A DNA stretch of 40,240 nt from Candidatus Nanopelagicales bacterium (GCA_049317345.1 JBMOIL010000001.1:1-40240); one strand, 5' to 3'. Shown: positions 9,939 through 18,633, counted from the first letter of the stretch. Program-made: numbers and translations. Notes: generated by a model from the letters alone, not told the origin.

Positions 9939-11210
9939 GTGCAGGTCAGCGGGCGTCCCGCGGCCTTAGTTGTCGCACTGGCTCCAGGGGTGAAACGCAC
10001 CTGGTCTGGGCTCCACGGGACCACCGGGCACACACAGCTCACCGACGGTCCGCTGCTCGACGCCCTCGAGGAGGGCGCGACACTGCAGCGCCTGCTGGAG
10101 GTGGGCACGCCACGCGCTGGCCGCGACGTGAGGGGCGTCCTCGAGACCCTCCACCACAGGCGGCTCATTTGCTGGCAGGCCATGGATCCCAGGGGCACGA
10201 TCTGGGCAACGCTTCTGCCGCTGCGCAGTGACCTTCCGCTTCCGGAGCCACCCACCGAGGCCGTCGAGCACAGCATCCATCTGTCACGCTTCGCGCTCAT
10301 GCGCTCAACCGGGGACCTGTGGTTAGTGGAGTCCGGACGCTCGCCGTTCTGCGCGATCTTGTCAGGCGAGGCATCAGCAGCATTCACCTCCGGCGAGGGG
10401 CCAGTCGAGCTCGGGTCGCTCCTAGCGATGGGCTGCCTCCTCGACGACAGCGACGACGACGGGCTCGCGCGCTACTGGGAGTTTCACGATCGATACTTTG
10501 CCTCGCGATCGCGCATGGACTCCGCCCCGAGCGGCGGGACCTTCCGCTTCGCCGGCGTCCACGACCCGGAGCCCGCCATCTCTCGGCCACCGCACGTGGG
10601 TCCCGTGATCGAGTTGCCTATTCCCGACCCCGGCGACCCCGGCCCAGGGATTTGGCAGGTCACGGAGAGTCGTCGCAGCCATCTCGACACTAGCGACAAG
10701 GCGCTGGAACTCGATCGGCTCGGCTCCCTCCTGTGGCACACCCTGCGCGTGACCGATTCGCGTCTACGCGATCCCCAATCGGCGACGTCGTACGACGGCA
10801 TTATGCGTCCCATTCCCTCGGGAGGTGGCACTCACTCGATTGGGCTGTGGCTCGGCGTGCGCAATGTCGCGGGCATCGACTCCGGGGCGTGGTGGTACGA
10901 CCCTGAGGAGCATGCGCTGGTGCGCGTCGCGGACGTACCCGAGCAATTCGGCGAGACGACTGTCGCTGTCCACGGCCTGCTCATCAGCCGTCACGCGCGC
11001 CTGGCGTGGAAGTACGAGGGGATTGCCCATGCGCTCGCGCTCAAGGACTGCGGGGTGATCCTGCACGCCCTGCAACTCGGGGCCACGGCACTTGGTCTTG
11101 CCATGTGCCCGATCGGGAGTGGTCCCACGGCGCCCGTGCTCGATGCCCTGGGACTCGATGAGGATGAGTACATACCCGTGGGAGAGTTCTGGTTGGCGAT
11201 GCCGCTCTAG
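9939..11210 (+). CDS. SagB/ThcOx-type FMN dehydrogenase (azoline oxidase)
   Basis: GTG start 2 nt after the upstream stop. The C-terminal nitroreductase-like half has MRPIPSGGGTHSIGLWLGVRNVAGIDSGAWWYDPEEHALV and ALKDCGVILHALQLGATALGLAMCPIG, which is typical of SagB-type dehydrogenases. Confidence 0.8.
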   Translation: MQVSGRPAALVVALAPGVKRTWSGLHGTTGHTQLTDGPLLDALEEGATLQRLLEVGTPRAGRDVRGVLETLHHRRLICWQAMDPRGTIWATLLPLRSDLPLPEPPTEAVEHSIHLSRFALMRSTGDLWLVESGRSPFCAILSGEASAAFTSGEGPVELGSLLAMGCLLDDSDDDGLARYWEFHDRYFASRSRMDSAPSGGTFRFAGVHDPEPAISRPPHVGPVIELPIPDPGDPGPGIWQVTESRRSHLDTSDKALELDRLGSLLWHTLRVTDSRLRDPQSATSYDGIMRPIPSGGGTHSIGLWLGVRNVAGIDSGAWWYDPEEHALVRVADVPEQFGETTVAVHGLLISRHARLAWKYEGIAHALALKDCGVILHALQLGATALGLAMCPIGSGPTAPVLDALGLDEDEYIPVGEFWLAMPL

Positions 11211-11914
11211 GACCCATCGGCGAGGGCAGCGAGTTCTCGCCAGGTTTCCTCGTCGCCGTGGCCGACCGCCGCGTCCACCCACTCGTCGGCCAGCGCCTCG
11301 CGCACCGCATCGGCGGGCACGGTCGCTCTATTTGCCGGAGCGCGTCGAAGCCAATCTGGGTGCACCCGCGCCCATCGCGCGAGATCGTCCGCTCTCGTCG
11401 ACAGGTCCTCGGTCCGGCACCACCAGGTGCGGTCCCGGGGCAACGCGGCGATGGCCTGTGCCGCCTGGCGCCAGTAGCCCATGGCCGCGTTAAGAAATGC
11501 CTGCGGCTCCTCGAGGGGCTGTGATCCCATGTCGTCAGCGCCGCTCGCGCGTCCCCACGCAAGGTGCTCTTCGCTCACCTCACCCATCGCAATCAGCATT
11601 CCGGCGAGGGAACGACACCAGTCGCGTGGATGCCGCACCGTGGCGACGAAGCGAGCGTCGGGGAAGAGGGCGGGCAAGCGGTCGGCCCAGGACCACAGGA
11701 AACTGGTCGAGTCCACCTCGGCGTTGCAGCGTTGATCGCGGGCAATCAGCCACGCTGCCACGTCTGCACGCGTCATCTCCCCGGCCTGCTCAAGGAGGCG
11801 CACATGCGCTGCCTCATCCATCTCGAACTCGTGGCGCGCACGAAGCACAGGAGCGAGCATCGTTGCGATTGACGTCGTGCCGCTCTTGGGCATGCCGCAC
11901 CCGATGAGATGCAC
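11207..11914 (-). CDS. Sulfotransferase-fold protein (PAPS-binding motifs), copy 1
   Basis: GTG start. It has a 5'-PSB-like loop GMPKSGTTS near the N-terminus and a 3'-PB-like VATVRHPRDWCRS. It is a paralogue of 15440-16312. Its stop overlaps the convergent SagB stop (CTAG). Confidence 0.6.
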   Translation of the reverse strand: MHLIGCGMPKSGTTSIATMLAPVLRARHEFEMDEAAHVRLLEQAGEMTRADVAAWLIARDQRCNAEVDSTSFLWSWADRLPALFPDARFVATVRHPRDWCRSLAGMLIAMGEVSEEHLAWGRASGADDMGSQPLEEPQAFLNAAMGYWRQAAQAIAALPRDRTWWCRTEDLSTRADDLARWARVHPDWLRRAPANRATVPADAVREALADEWVDAAVGHGDEETWRELAALADGS

Positions 11915-11948
11915 TCGACGAGAGATAGCGAAGACGATGACAGCCCCC

Positions 11949-12722
11949 TCACTGAGCTTGAGGACGGATCTCAGTGAGCAGCGGCGTCACCGCGTTGACC
12001 GCACGGGCGCCATAGGCGCGATCGGGGAAGATCCGCCTGCGGTAGCGCTCACGGCCGTCGGTGAAGAGCGGGCGGTCATCGGACTCCAGGCGCGCACCGT
12101 CGAGATAGGTGATGAAACTGACGGCCAGAGTCATCTCTTCGTACGTCTGGCCAGCATGCTCGGCGTTCACATCGTGATACGACAGCGCGCCAGGAGTCAT
12201 ACCGCTGAAGGTGTAGCTCTCGGCATCACCCGTCTGGCGGGAACGGTAGAGCAGCCCTTGCTCGGTGGGCGCGGCGATGACGGGCAGCCAGTACTGCAGG
12301 ACCGGGCCGGTGATCGGGATAAACCCGGCGTCCGCGTGCCAGAAGGTGCCGGGCTCGCCTGCAGGCCTATAGAAGATGACCCACGTGGCGAAGCGCACGT
12401 CATCTCGGCCATACCCCTCGTAGACGATGCGGTGCAGGGACTCCTGTCCCAGCAGGTCGATGACGGAATCGGGTGCCTCGTCGAGTCGCCATGCGAGGTG
12501 CCGCTCCTCGCGGCGATCGGTAACCGTGGATGCGCTGCTGCCCCACACGCCGTGATGCAACCGCAGCAGGTCGGCCCCCGCCGCAGCGGCAAGGTCTGCG
12601 GGCACGGCATCGGCTACTGCCGAGAAGCCGTGCTCGGAGAGGAAGGCCACGTGATCGAGCGGTGGCGCCATCACGTGAAGGGTCGCCGGATCGTAGTCAT
12701 TCGACAGCACACACCCGCTCAT
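11949..12722 (-). CDS. PhyH-like Fe(II)/2-oxoglutarate dioxygenase, copy 1
   Basis: ATG at 12722 is preceded by GGGAGG; the ORF track's GTG at 12728 is also possible. It has the N-terminal FLSEHGF, an HxD in FWHADAG and a distal His in SYHDVNAEHAG. Confidence 0.6.
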   Translation of the reverse strand: MSGCVLSNDYDPATLHVMAPPLDHVAFLSEHGFSAVADAVPADLAAAAGADLLRLHHGVWGSSASTVTDRREERHLAWRLDEAPDSVIDLLGQESLHRIVYEGYGRDDVRFATWVIFYRPAGEPGTFWHADAGFIPITGPVLQYWLPVIAAPTEQGLLYRSRQTGDAESYTFSGMTPGALSYHDVNAEHAGQTYEEMTLAVSFITYLDGARLESDDRPLFTDGRERYRRRIFPDRAYGARAVNAVTPLLTEIRPQAQ

Positions 12723-12749
12723 GTGCACCTCCCTTCGCGCATGCTCAGG

Positions 12750-13685
12750 CTACCTCTGCCCCGGCAGCAGGATGTGCGCTCCCACGTACGCCTTGACCTT
12801 GCCACCCGGCCCCATCTTGATGTGGTCAATGCCGCTGAGCAGACGAATCGCCGGAAGCGAGTCGAACATGTGGATGCCCTGGACCTCGAGCAGCGCGGAC
12901 AGGCTGCGAGCGGCATCCCCCCACAGAGGGCTTGGCTGTAGCACGGGGTGCCACCTTCCCTCCACCATCGCCTTCTCACGTTCCCAGAAGGAGCCTTCCC
13001 ACGAGACAGAGCTGCGGCCCTCGGCATCCGTGCCCACCGCGACCGCCGAGCCATCAAGCTCGCGCATCAGGTGAGCAACAAGGGCGCTCCGGGGATCCAC
13101 GGCGATCGTCGCCCACGAAGCGAGCCCTTCGATCAGACCCACTGCCGCACTGTCGAAGTCAGGTAGGAGGGCCGCAGCCACCGGCGAGGGTTGACGTTCG
13201 GGGAAGAAACCGATCAGTCGACCTGGACCGCGCCAGTGGGGGGCAATCGCAGACTCGAGGATGCCGACGGCTCGAGCAAGTTCATGATCCGACTCGGCAG
13301 CGCCTCTGACAGTCGGCAGGGCATCGGTGCACTCTGAGCGGATGAACACCCCGACAGGGCTGCGGGCCTCGGACGTGTCGAGTTCCCACCACGTGCTCTC
13401 CGACGACCCAACCGACATGGCCAGGGATGACAGGGCGCCATGGCCACTTCGAGCAAAGTGAGGGACCCGCCGGGACGGCATCAGGACTGAGATGTCACAG
13501 GCTGCCGGATGCGGCGGCAACACGACTTCCAGGCCGAGGGCTATCGTCGAGAGCACATCTAGATGAGATAGCGCGTCGCGAGCACGAGCAGCGTCGGCCT
13601 CGGGCACCAGCGGCCCGAGGATCTCGATGATGGGATCCACAAGGCCCACGAGGGAGTCTGGCACCCTCCGGGGAAAGGCGGGCAT
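12750..13685 (-). CDS. Hypothetical protein (311 aa), no confidently recognised domain; possibly an ABBA-type aromatic prenyltransferase fold
   Basis: The ORF is translationally coupled to the upstream gene (TGATG). It has no TM helix or signal peptide. There is a weak resemblance to the NphB/CloQ family (GRLIGFFPER; GGKVKAYVGAHI near the C-terminus; ~310 aa). Confidence 0.5.
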   Translation of the reverse strand: MPAFPRRVPDSLVGLVDPIIEILGPLVPEADAARARDALSHLDVLSTIALGLEVVLPPHPAACDISVLMPSRRVPHFARSGHGALSSLAMSVGSSESTWWELDTSEARSPVGVFIRSECTDALPTVRGAAESDHELARAVGILESAIAPHWRGPGRLIGFFPERQPSPVAAALLPDFDSAAVGLIEGLASWATIAVDPRSALVAHLMRELDGSAVAVGTDAEGRSSVSWEGSFWEREKAMVEGRWHPVLQPSPLWGDAARSLSALLEVQGIHMFDSLPAIRLLSGIDHIKMGPGGKVKAYVGAHILLPGQR

Positions 13686-14419
13686 CACGAGCGGGTCAGC
13701 GATGCCAAGGCAGGGGTGGCGGCGGTCACGACGGAGCCGCGGTGGCGCAGGTCAGGTGAGATCCGACGACACAGTTGCCCGCGCATGCCGCGCAACTGCG
13801 GCCAGTCGCCCAGGTCGATCCGCGCTCGAGAACCAGCGACTGCGATGCCGAAGGCCAGGAAGTCGACGGGGCAGTCCTCGGCCTTATGCACAACGGTCAT
13901 GTTGTGCCACGTGAGATCTCCGGGGTCGAGATCCCACTGGCGAGCAGGCCGCGGGCCGGTGCCATCGACATCGGCAAGTGCAACGAGGCCGGTGCGGGTG
14001 GGCACGTGCGTGAGGGGAATCCAGAATGCAACGCAGGGACCGGCCACCGGGACGGCCACGTCATCGCTGTGCCAGGGCGTCGCAGGAGCGCCTGCCCGCC
14101 GGGCGAAGGCCTGCCAGGACATGACGTGCGGCTCGTCTCCGTCGAGGAGTTCACGTGCGATGTCGGTCAACTCGACCAGGCGCAAGTCAGCCACAAGGTC
14201 GTCGGGTATCGCGGATACCGGCCACGGCATCGACCGCTGGATGCTCGATGTATCCGCGGGGAGAGTCGCCTGCATCGCATCGTGCAGCTGCCAGACGCGC
14301 CTACCGAGGGACACTGCTTCGTCCTGGGTGTAGAAGCCCTTGCGCCCGCTGTAGCCATGCTGGCGGAAGTAGGCCACGGGGTCGTTAGGAAACGCATGGT
14401 CGATGACCTCGCGGGACAT
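13685..14419 (-). CDS. PhyH-like Fe(II)/2-oxoglutarate dioxygenase, copy 2
   Basis: ATG at 14419 is preceded by GAGG; a GTG at 14446 would overlap the upstream gene by 17 nt. It has YFRQHGY, an HxD in PWHSDD and a distal His in TWHNMTVVHKAED. Confidence 0.6.
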   Translation of the reverse strand: MSREVIDHAFPNDPVAYFRQHGYSGRKGFYTQDEAVSLGRRVWQLHDAMQATLPADTSSIQRSMPWPVSAIPDDLVADLRLVELTDIARELLDGDEPHVMSWQAFARRAGAPATPWHSDDVAVPVAGPCVAFWIPLTHVPTRTGLVALADVDGTGPRPARQWDLDPGDLTWHNMTVVHKAEDCPVDFLAFGIAVAGSRARIDLGDWPQLRGMRGQLCRRISPDLRHRGSVVTAATPALASLTRS

Positions 14420-14429
14420 CGGATCGACC

Positions 14430-15443
14430 TCAGCTGACGTGCCCACCGGTCGTCCCCTCTCGCGTCAAGGCGCCCAGAGCGCGCACGACCGTGGCGGTGG
14501 TGAACACCCGACGCAGATCCTCCACCACGGCGCCCTCGATGCGGCCACCGGGAACCCAGTCGACCACGGAATCAGGGTCGGTGTCCTCGGGATGCGGCAC
14601 GCGCAGAAGCGCGCCGGGAGCCCACGACCCGTCGGGGAGCATGGTGAAGGTCAGCGCGCGCACTGCGGATACGGCCGGCGCTTCCCCGGACCGGCCGGTG
14701 AGGACAGCGATGAGCAGGAGGTTGGCGGTCTCGAAGGCAGTCAGGCCATCCGAGGTCAGGGCGGCCAAGGCCCAGTCACCCGCATGCGCGAGTGCGGGCG
14801 CAGCGGAGTCGAAGGGCGAAAGAGACTCCACGGACAGGGCCGTCGCGAAGGAATCAGACGCCCACCAATAACTGCGCCACCGGCCGTCCGGGCGCTGCGC
14901 CGCGACGAGGACGGCGGGGTCGACGAGTCCGTCGACGGAAGCAGCGGCCGCCGTGACGCACGCATGACCGGCAGTCCACCCGCGGAAGTCCTGATCGGAG
15001 TTGGCATCGATGAAGCGTGCAATATCGGCCGTGGGGCCATACGTCCCGAGAAGCCCGTCAGAGTGCGTGAACGCCGTCAGGCTCGCACGCGCATCCCGAG
15101 CAATCTGGTCGTCTCCACGTCCGATTCGCTGGGCGAGGCGCAACGCCCAGGTGGTGGAGTCCGCGTCCTGAGGGACCTGCACGTTGTATCCCCACCCGGC
15201 ACCCGTCCGCTCGTGGCGCCGCGCCTCAAGCGCCCGCCACGCTCGGTCTACCGCATCGCGCGTACCGGTTTCGCCCGCAATTCGATCGCCGACGTACCCG
15301 GTGATCCACTCGTCAGACAGCCCGGGTGCGAGGAGGAAGTCCGACCACAGTCCCTCAGGCGACTGGCGCTCGACGAGGAATGCAGTGCCAGCGCCGCGGG
15401 CATCCTCCGGGGTCCGAGCCAGGGCGGACCACACGCTGGTCAC
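14430..15443 (-). CDS. Prenyltransferase/squalene-oxidase-repeat (terpene-cyclase-fold, alpha/alpha toroid) protein
   Basis: GTG at 15443 forms a GTGA overlap with the upstream stop. It has QW-like repeats (RQSPEGLW, QRPDGRWRSYWW, MLPDGSWAP) and GAGWGYNVQVPQDADSTTWALRLA, which resembles the GGWG...DxDDTA region of class II terpene cyclases. Confidence 0.55.
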   Translation of the reverse strand: MTSVWSALARTPEDARGAGTAFLVERQSPEGLWSDFLLAPGLSDEWITGYVGDRIAGETGTRDAVDRAWRALEARRHERTGAGWGYNVQVPQDADSTTWALRLAQRIGRGDDQIARDARASLTAFTHSDGLLGTYGPTADIARFIDANSDQDFRGWTAGHACVTAAAASVDGLVDPAVLVAAQRPDGRWRSYWWASDSFATALSVESLSPFDSAAPALAHAGDWALAALTSDGLTAFETANLLLIAVLTGRSGEAPAVSAVRALTFTMLPDGSWAPGALLRVPHPEDTDPDSVVDWVPGGRIEGAVVEDLRRVFTTATVVRALGALTREGTTGGHVS

Positions 15444-16312
15444 TGCGGCCGACCCTCTTGGTTGTCCCAGCCCACGAGTTCCGCATCGACGCGACGGAGG
15501 TAGTCGTCCCATCCGGACGGGTCCGAGTTCACCGTGCGATTCAGGATCCGTGCGTGCTCGTCGGGGAAGTGCTCTGCCATGAGTTCAGCGCAGTGCTCGG
15601 CATAGACCCGATCGACCTCGTCTCGATCCGCGATCACGAAACGGTCGAATGTGGCCACGGTCCTGTTGCTGTGCACGGCATCCATGACCAGCGAATCCAC
15701 GGGGATCTTCAGGAACTCTGCAAGTTCCGGCGTGCGGGCGGTGATCTCGGAGGTCTTAAGCCACAGTGTGCTCTCAGCGGGAAGCACCGTCGGCATGTGA
15801 CGCATGTAGGTCGCCCAGGTGCGCATCAGAGCGGGAAGCGCAACCGTGTCGATGTCATCTCGTCCGAAACGAAAGGGGATGGTCCCCTCACCCGCCCAAT
15901 CGCCGTAGCTGTCTATCCAACCGCGCCGTCTCTCCTGGTAATCAGTTGGCATGCGCCGCACAGAGGTGCACATGCTCAGCATGGAATTCACCCACGAGCG
16001 CACATCACGGTACGTCACGATGAAACTTGCCTTGGGATACTGCTCCATGAGGACGTCCGCGTAGAGGTGATGGCAGGTCACCGCATCCATCTCCGCTCGC
16101 AGGGGCACGAATCGGCGCTTGACGGTCGCCCAGAAGGCGGCGTCGTCGATCTCGCCTCGCGCGCGCGCGACGCCGGCGGTCGCGAGGAAGTCCAACCACG
16201 TCTCGTGGCCCGCGCGGTACTCGCCCATGAGACCCGCGAGCGACGTCGATCCCGTCTTGGGCAATCCCACGACGTAGGCGTGGAAACGCAGCCAGGGCAT
16301 CTGACTACTCAC
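15440..16312 (-). CDS. Sulfotransferase-fold protein (PAPS-binding motifs), copy 2
   Basis: GTGA overlap with the YcaO stop; ATG at 16300 is an alternative start. It has a 5'-PSB-like GLPKTGSTS and a 3'-PB-like IVTYRDVRSWVNS. Confidence 0.6.
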   Translation of the reverse strand: MSSQMPWLRFHAYVVGLPKTGSTSLAGLMGEYRAGHETWLDFLATAGVARARGEIDDAAFWATVKRRFVPLRAEMDAVTCHHLYADVLMEQYPKASFIVTYRDVRSWVNSMLSMCTSVRRMPTDYQERRRGWIDSYGDWAGEGTIPFRFGRDDIDTVALPALMRTWATYMRHMPTVLPAESTLWLKTSEITARTPELAEFLKIPVDSLVMDAVHSNRTVATFDRFVIADRDEVDRVYAEHCAELMAEHFPDEHARILNRTVNSDPSGWDDYLRRVDAELVGWDNQEGRPQ

Positions 16313-18465
16313 AGGATCATGGCCCTCGGGTTCAGGTCGGCCTCGCCGTAGCCCCCATCGCGCCAGCCCAAGAGTGGAGGTACGTCGTAGAGCCGGCCGG
16401 GTGCGTAGCGATTCCAGAAATGGCGGATGCCCGGGGCGTAGGTCCGCACGATGCTCAGTTGCATGTCCGGCCGGCTGGAGTCGGCCCAGAGCACGGTGAG
16501 GCCAGCGTGCTCCATGCGAGCGACCACGTCATCGATGGCGTCACCCAGGGCGGCGTAGCGGGGCGCATCGGGCGGGGCGACATGACCGTGCGGGGCCATC
16601 CACGGGTGGTCGGCGACGGTCACCTGCGTGAACCACTTCTGCTCCCCGGGACCCATGCCCTCGACCGCATCGGTCACGCAGCGATAGAAGCCGGCCTGCA
16701 TCTGGGCCAGCTCGGTGAGGGCGCGGACGACGGCGAGAGCCGGATCGACGTGCGCGCCGTATCCCATGATCGGAGCCTGTGTGGACGGCATGCCCTGCGC
16801 AACAGCAACCGCGGCCGGGATCCCGAGGTCGGAGGTGATGTCCAGGACCCAAACCTCGTTGCCGAGCGCACGCTGCGGCGCGAGAGCCGCTTCGATCCGA
16901 GGGTCATCCCACGCAGCGAGGTCGAACGCCGGACGGTTGCACATCGGATGCCACCACAGCGCAACCGAGTCGCGTTCGACCAACTCGAGCAGGCCCTGGA
17001 GGATCGCCTCTTCAAGCGTGTTGCCGGCGGCAGCGCCGTTGGAAGATCCGCGGTAGGCGCCCGGATCCAGACCGGGCCAGTCGAACCACACGAGCGATGA
17101 CGGCAACCACCTCGTCTCACCGGTGCGCAGATCCGCGACCGGGCTCCAGTCGTGCTCGACCTCGACGTCGAAGGGGAGTGGGACCGGTCGATGGCCAGCC
17201 TGATCGGGCACATTCAGCATCCCGAACGCGGCAAGTCCCTCGGCCTTGCGTAATTGCGCTTCGCTGAAGAGCTCGACGTCATTGGGGTGGATGGCACCCT
17301 CGAGGTCAGCCATACGGGCCCGTCTGAACGGCTCGCCCCCCGTCGCCCGCAGTCCGCCTCGCTCCAAAGCCTCCGCGAGCGCCCCGGTGCGAGCGCCCGA
17401 CCGGGTGATCCCCTTCCCGCCCGCACCCGACCTCAGTCGCGAGGAGAATGCAACGGGATCGTCCAGCGCTGCGGCGTTCAGCCCGGACGAGTAGGAGCGC
17501 AGCTCACGGCGGGGCCCGGGGACGACGTAGGGCACCAGACCGACGACGTCATTGACGAGGTGAGCGTGGTCGTCCCATGTGTCCTCCGGGTCCACCGTGC
17601 GATAGCCGCCCCCGCCACCGTCGTCGAAGGTCGCGTCCTCCAGTGACAGCGGGCCATCGAGATGTCGCATCCGCGCAGTCGGGCCACCCGGCTCGCACGC
17701 GGCGCACCCAGGGACGGGAACGACCACGTACCGCTGCATCGCCGCAGTACTGACATCGAAGGCGACGACCTGCCTCTCCCACTCCGATGCTGTGGCAATC
17801 TGCGCGACGGCGGCAGCGGCAGCGGCCACGGATGACGGATGACGGATCGGGTGAGCCGGTGGTACCGCGAGTCCGACGCGCTGCGCGCCGACGACCTCGG
17901 CGGACAGGCGATGGCGCAAGCGAGCGTCCAGGCATGCGGGGCAGCGACCGCGCTCCCCGGGGACGAGAACCGGGCTGACGACCGCACGCGCCCCCCGCAT
18001 GCTCACGGCGACGTATGGACCGTCCGGCACCTGATCCGCCCCTTGCATCGCGAGCGCGTGGGGGACGACAACGACCGGGAGCGCGCCGGGTGAGTCGTGC
18101 ACATCTACGCCGATGGCGCGCAGCGCCTCCGAGAGGAGATGAGCGTCATCGAGGCCATCGGTGGCGTCGATAACACGCACGGAGGCAGGAGTGGGGCCCA
18201 CAGCCGAGCCTTGGTCGACAACATGTCCCGATGCTCGCCACTTGCCCAGGATTTCGCGCGCACGGTCACGAGCAAGTCCCGCGGACTCCGCACTCGCGAC
18301 GATCGTCTCCTCGTCGCCACCCGCGTCCACGGCACGCGCCAGGGGGCCGGCGCCTCGACCGGCGAGGCGCACGGGGCCATCACCACCGAACATCCAGACT
18401 TCAGCGTCGTCGGCGCTCACGATGATCGAGCGGTCAGGTCGCCACGACAGGCTCGCCGATGTCAT
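16309..18465 (-). CDS. Fused cyclodehydratase: E1/ThiF-like docking domain + YcaO (SagD-type) domain
   Basis: The N-terminal half has paired CxxC motifs (RCPACLD ... GCAACEPG), typical of the ocin-ThiF-like domain. The C-terminal half has YcaO motifs (GAGGKGITRSGARTGALAEALER, SSNGAAAGNTLEEAILQGLLELVERD). The start is set at ATG 18465, because the longer ORF (to 19005) would run antisense through precursor A1. ATG 18576 is also possible. Confidence 0.85.
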   Translation of the reverse strand: MTSASLSWRPDRSIIVSADDAEVWMFGGDGPVRLAGRGAGPLARAVDAGGDEETIVASAESAGLARDRAREILGKWRASGHVVDQGSAVGPTPASVRVIDATDGLDDAHLLSEALRAIGVDVHDSPGALPVVVVPHALAMQGADQVPDGPYVAVSMRGARAVVSPVLVPGERGRCPACLDARLRHRLSAEVVGAQRVGLAVPPAHPIRHPSSVAAAAAAVAQIATASEWERQVVAFDVSTAAMQRYVVVPVPGCAACEPGGPTARMRHLDGPLSLEDATFDDGGGGGYRTVDPEDTWDDHAHLVNDVVGLVPYVVPGPRRELRSYSSGLNAAALDDPVAFSSRLRSGAGGKGITRSGARTGALAEALERGGLRATGGEPFRRARMADLEGAIHPNDVELFSEAQLRKAEGLAAFGMLNVPDQAGHRPVPLPFDVEVEHDWSPVADLRTGETRWLPSSLVWFDWPGLDPGAYRGSSNGAAAGNTLEEAILQGLLELVERDSVALWWHPMCNRPAFDLAAWDDPRIEAALAPQRALGNEVWVLDITSDLGIPAAVAVAQGMPSTQAPIMGYGAHVDPALAVVRALTELAQMQAGFYRCVTDAVEGMGPGEQKWFTQVTVADHPWMAPHGHVAPPDAPRYAALGDAIDDVVARMEHAGLTVLWADSSRPDMQLSIVRTYAPGIRHFWNRYAPGRLYDVPPLLGWRDGGYGEADLNPRAMIL

Positions 18466-18633
18466 GTGCGAATCCGACGTTGTCGATTGGACAGGAACAC
18501 GTGGTGATAGTAGCCATGCCTGGGGGTCGCCGGCCCCGACAGAGAAACTCACCCCCGAAGGGGCCGCGAGGTCCATTCTTGACGTGGCATCATCGCTATG
18601 TAGGCCTACTTGGCCCAGACTCGGAGGTTTCCC
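18466..18633. promoter_or_regulatory. Divergent intergenic region between the tailoring operon (- strand) and the precursor/rSAM operon (+ strand)
   Basis: The call rests on position only. It is the sole gap from which both divergent operons can be transcribed. TTGACG lies at 18579-18584, but no well-spaced -10 box was found. Confidence 0.3.

Noticed and set aside
14430-15443. The alpha/alpha-toroid protein as a LanC-type lanthionine cyclase (prochlorosin-like lanthipeptide cluster)
   Set aside because: The 337-aa protein has a single Cys and lacks the GxxHGxxG / WCxG / CHG zinc-ligand motifs. No LanM, LanB or LanKC-like dehydratase is present in the window.
14403-16351. Plus-strand ORFs 14403-15503 (366 aa) and 15326-16351 (341 aa)
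   Set aside because: They are antisense to the toroid and sulfotransferase-like genes, which carry motifs and are translationally coupled. The translations are Arg/Gly-rich with no motifs.
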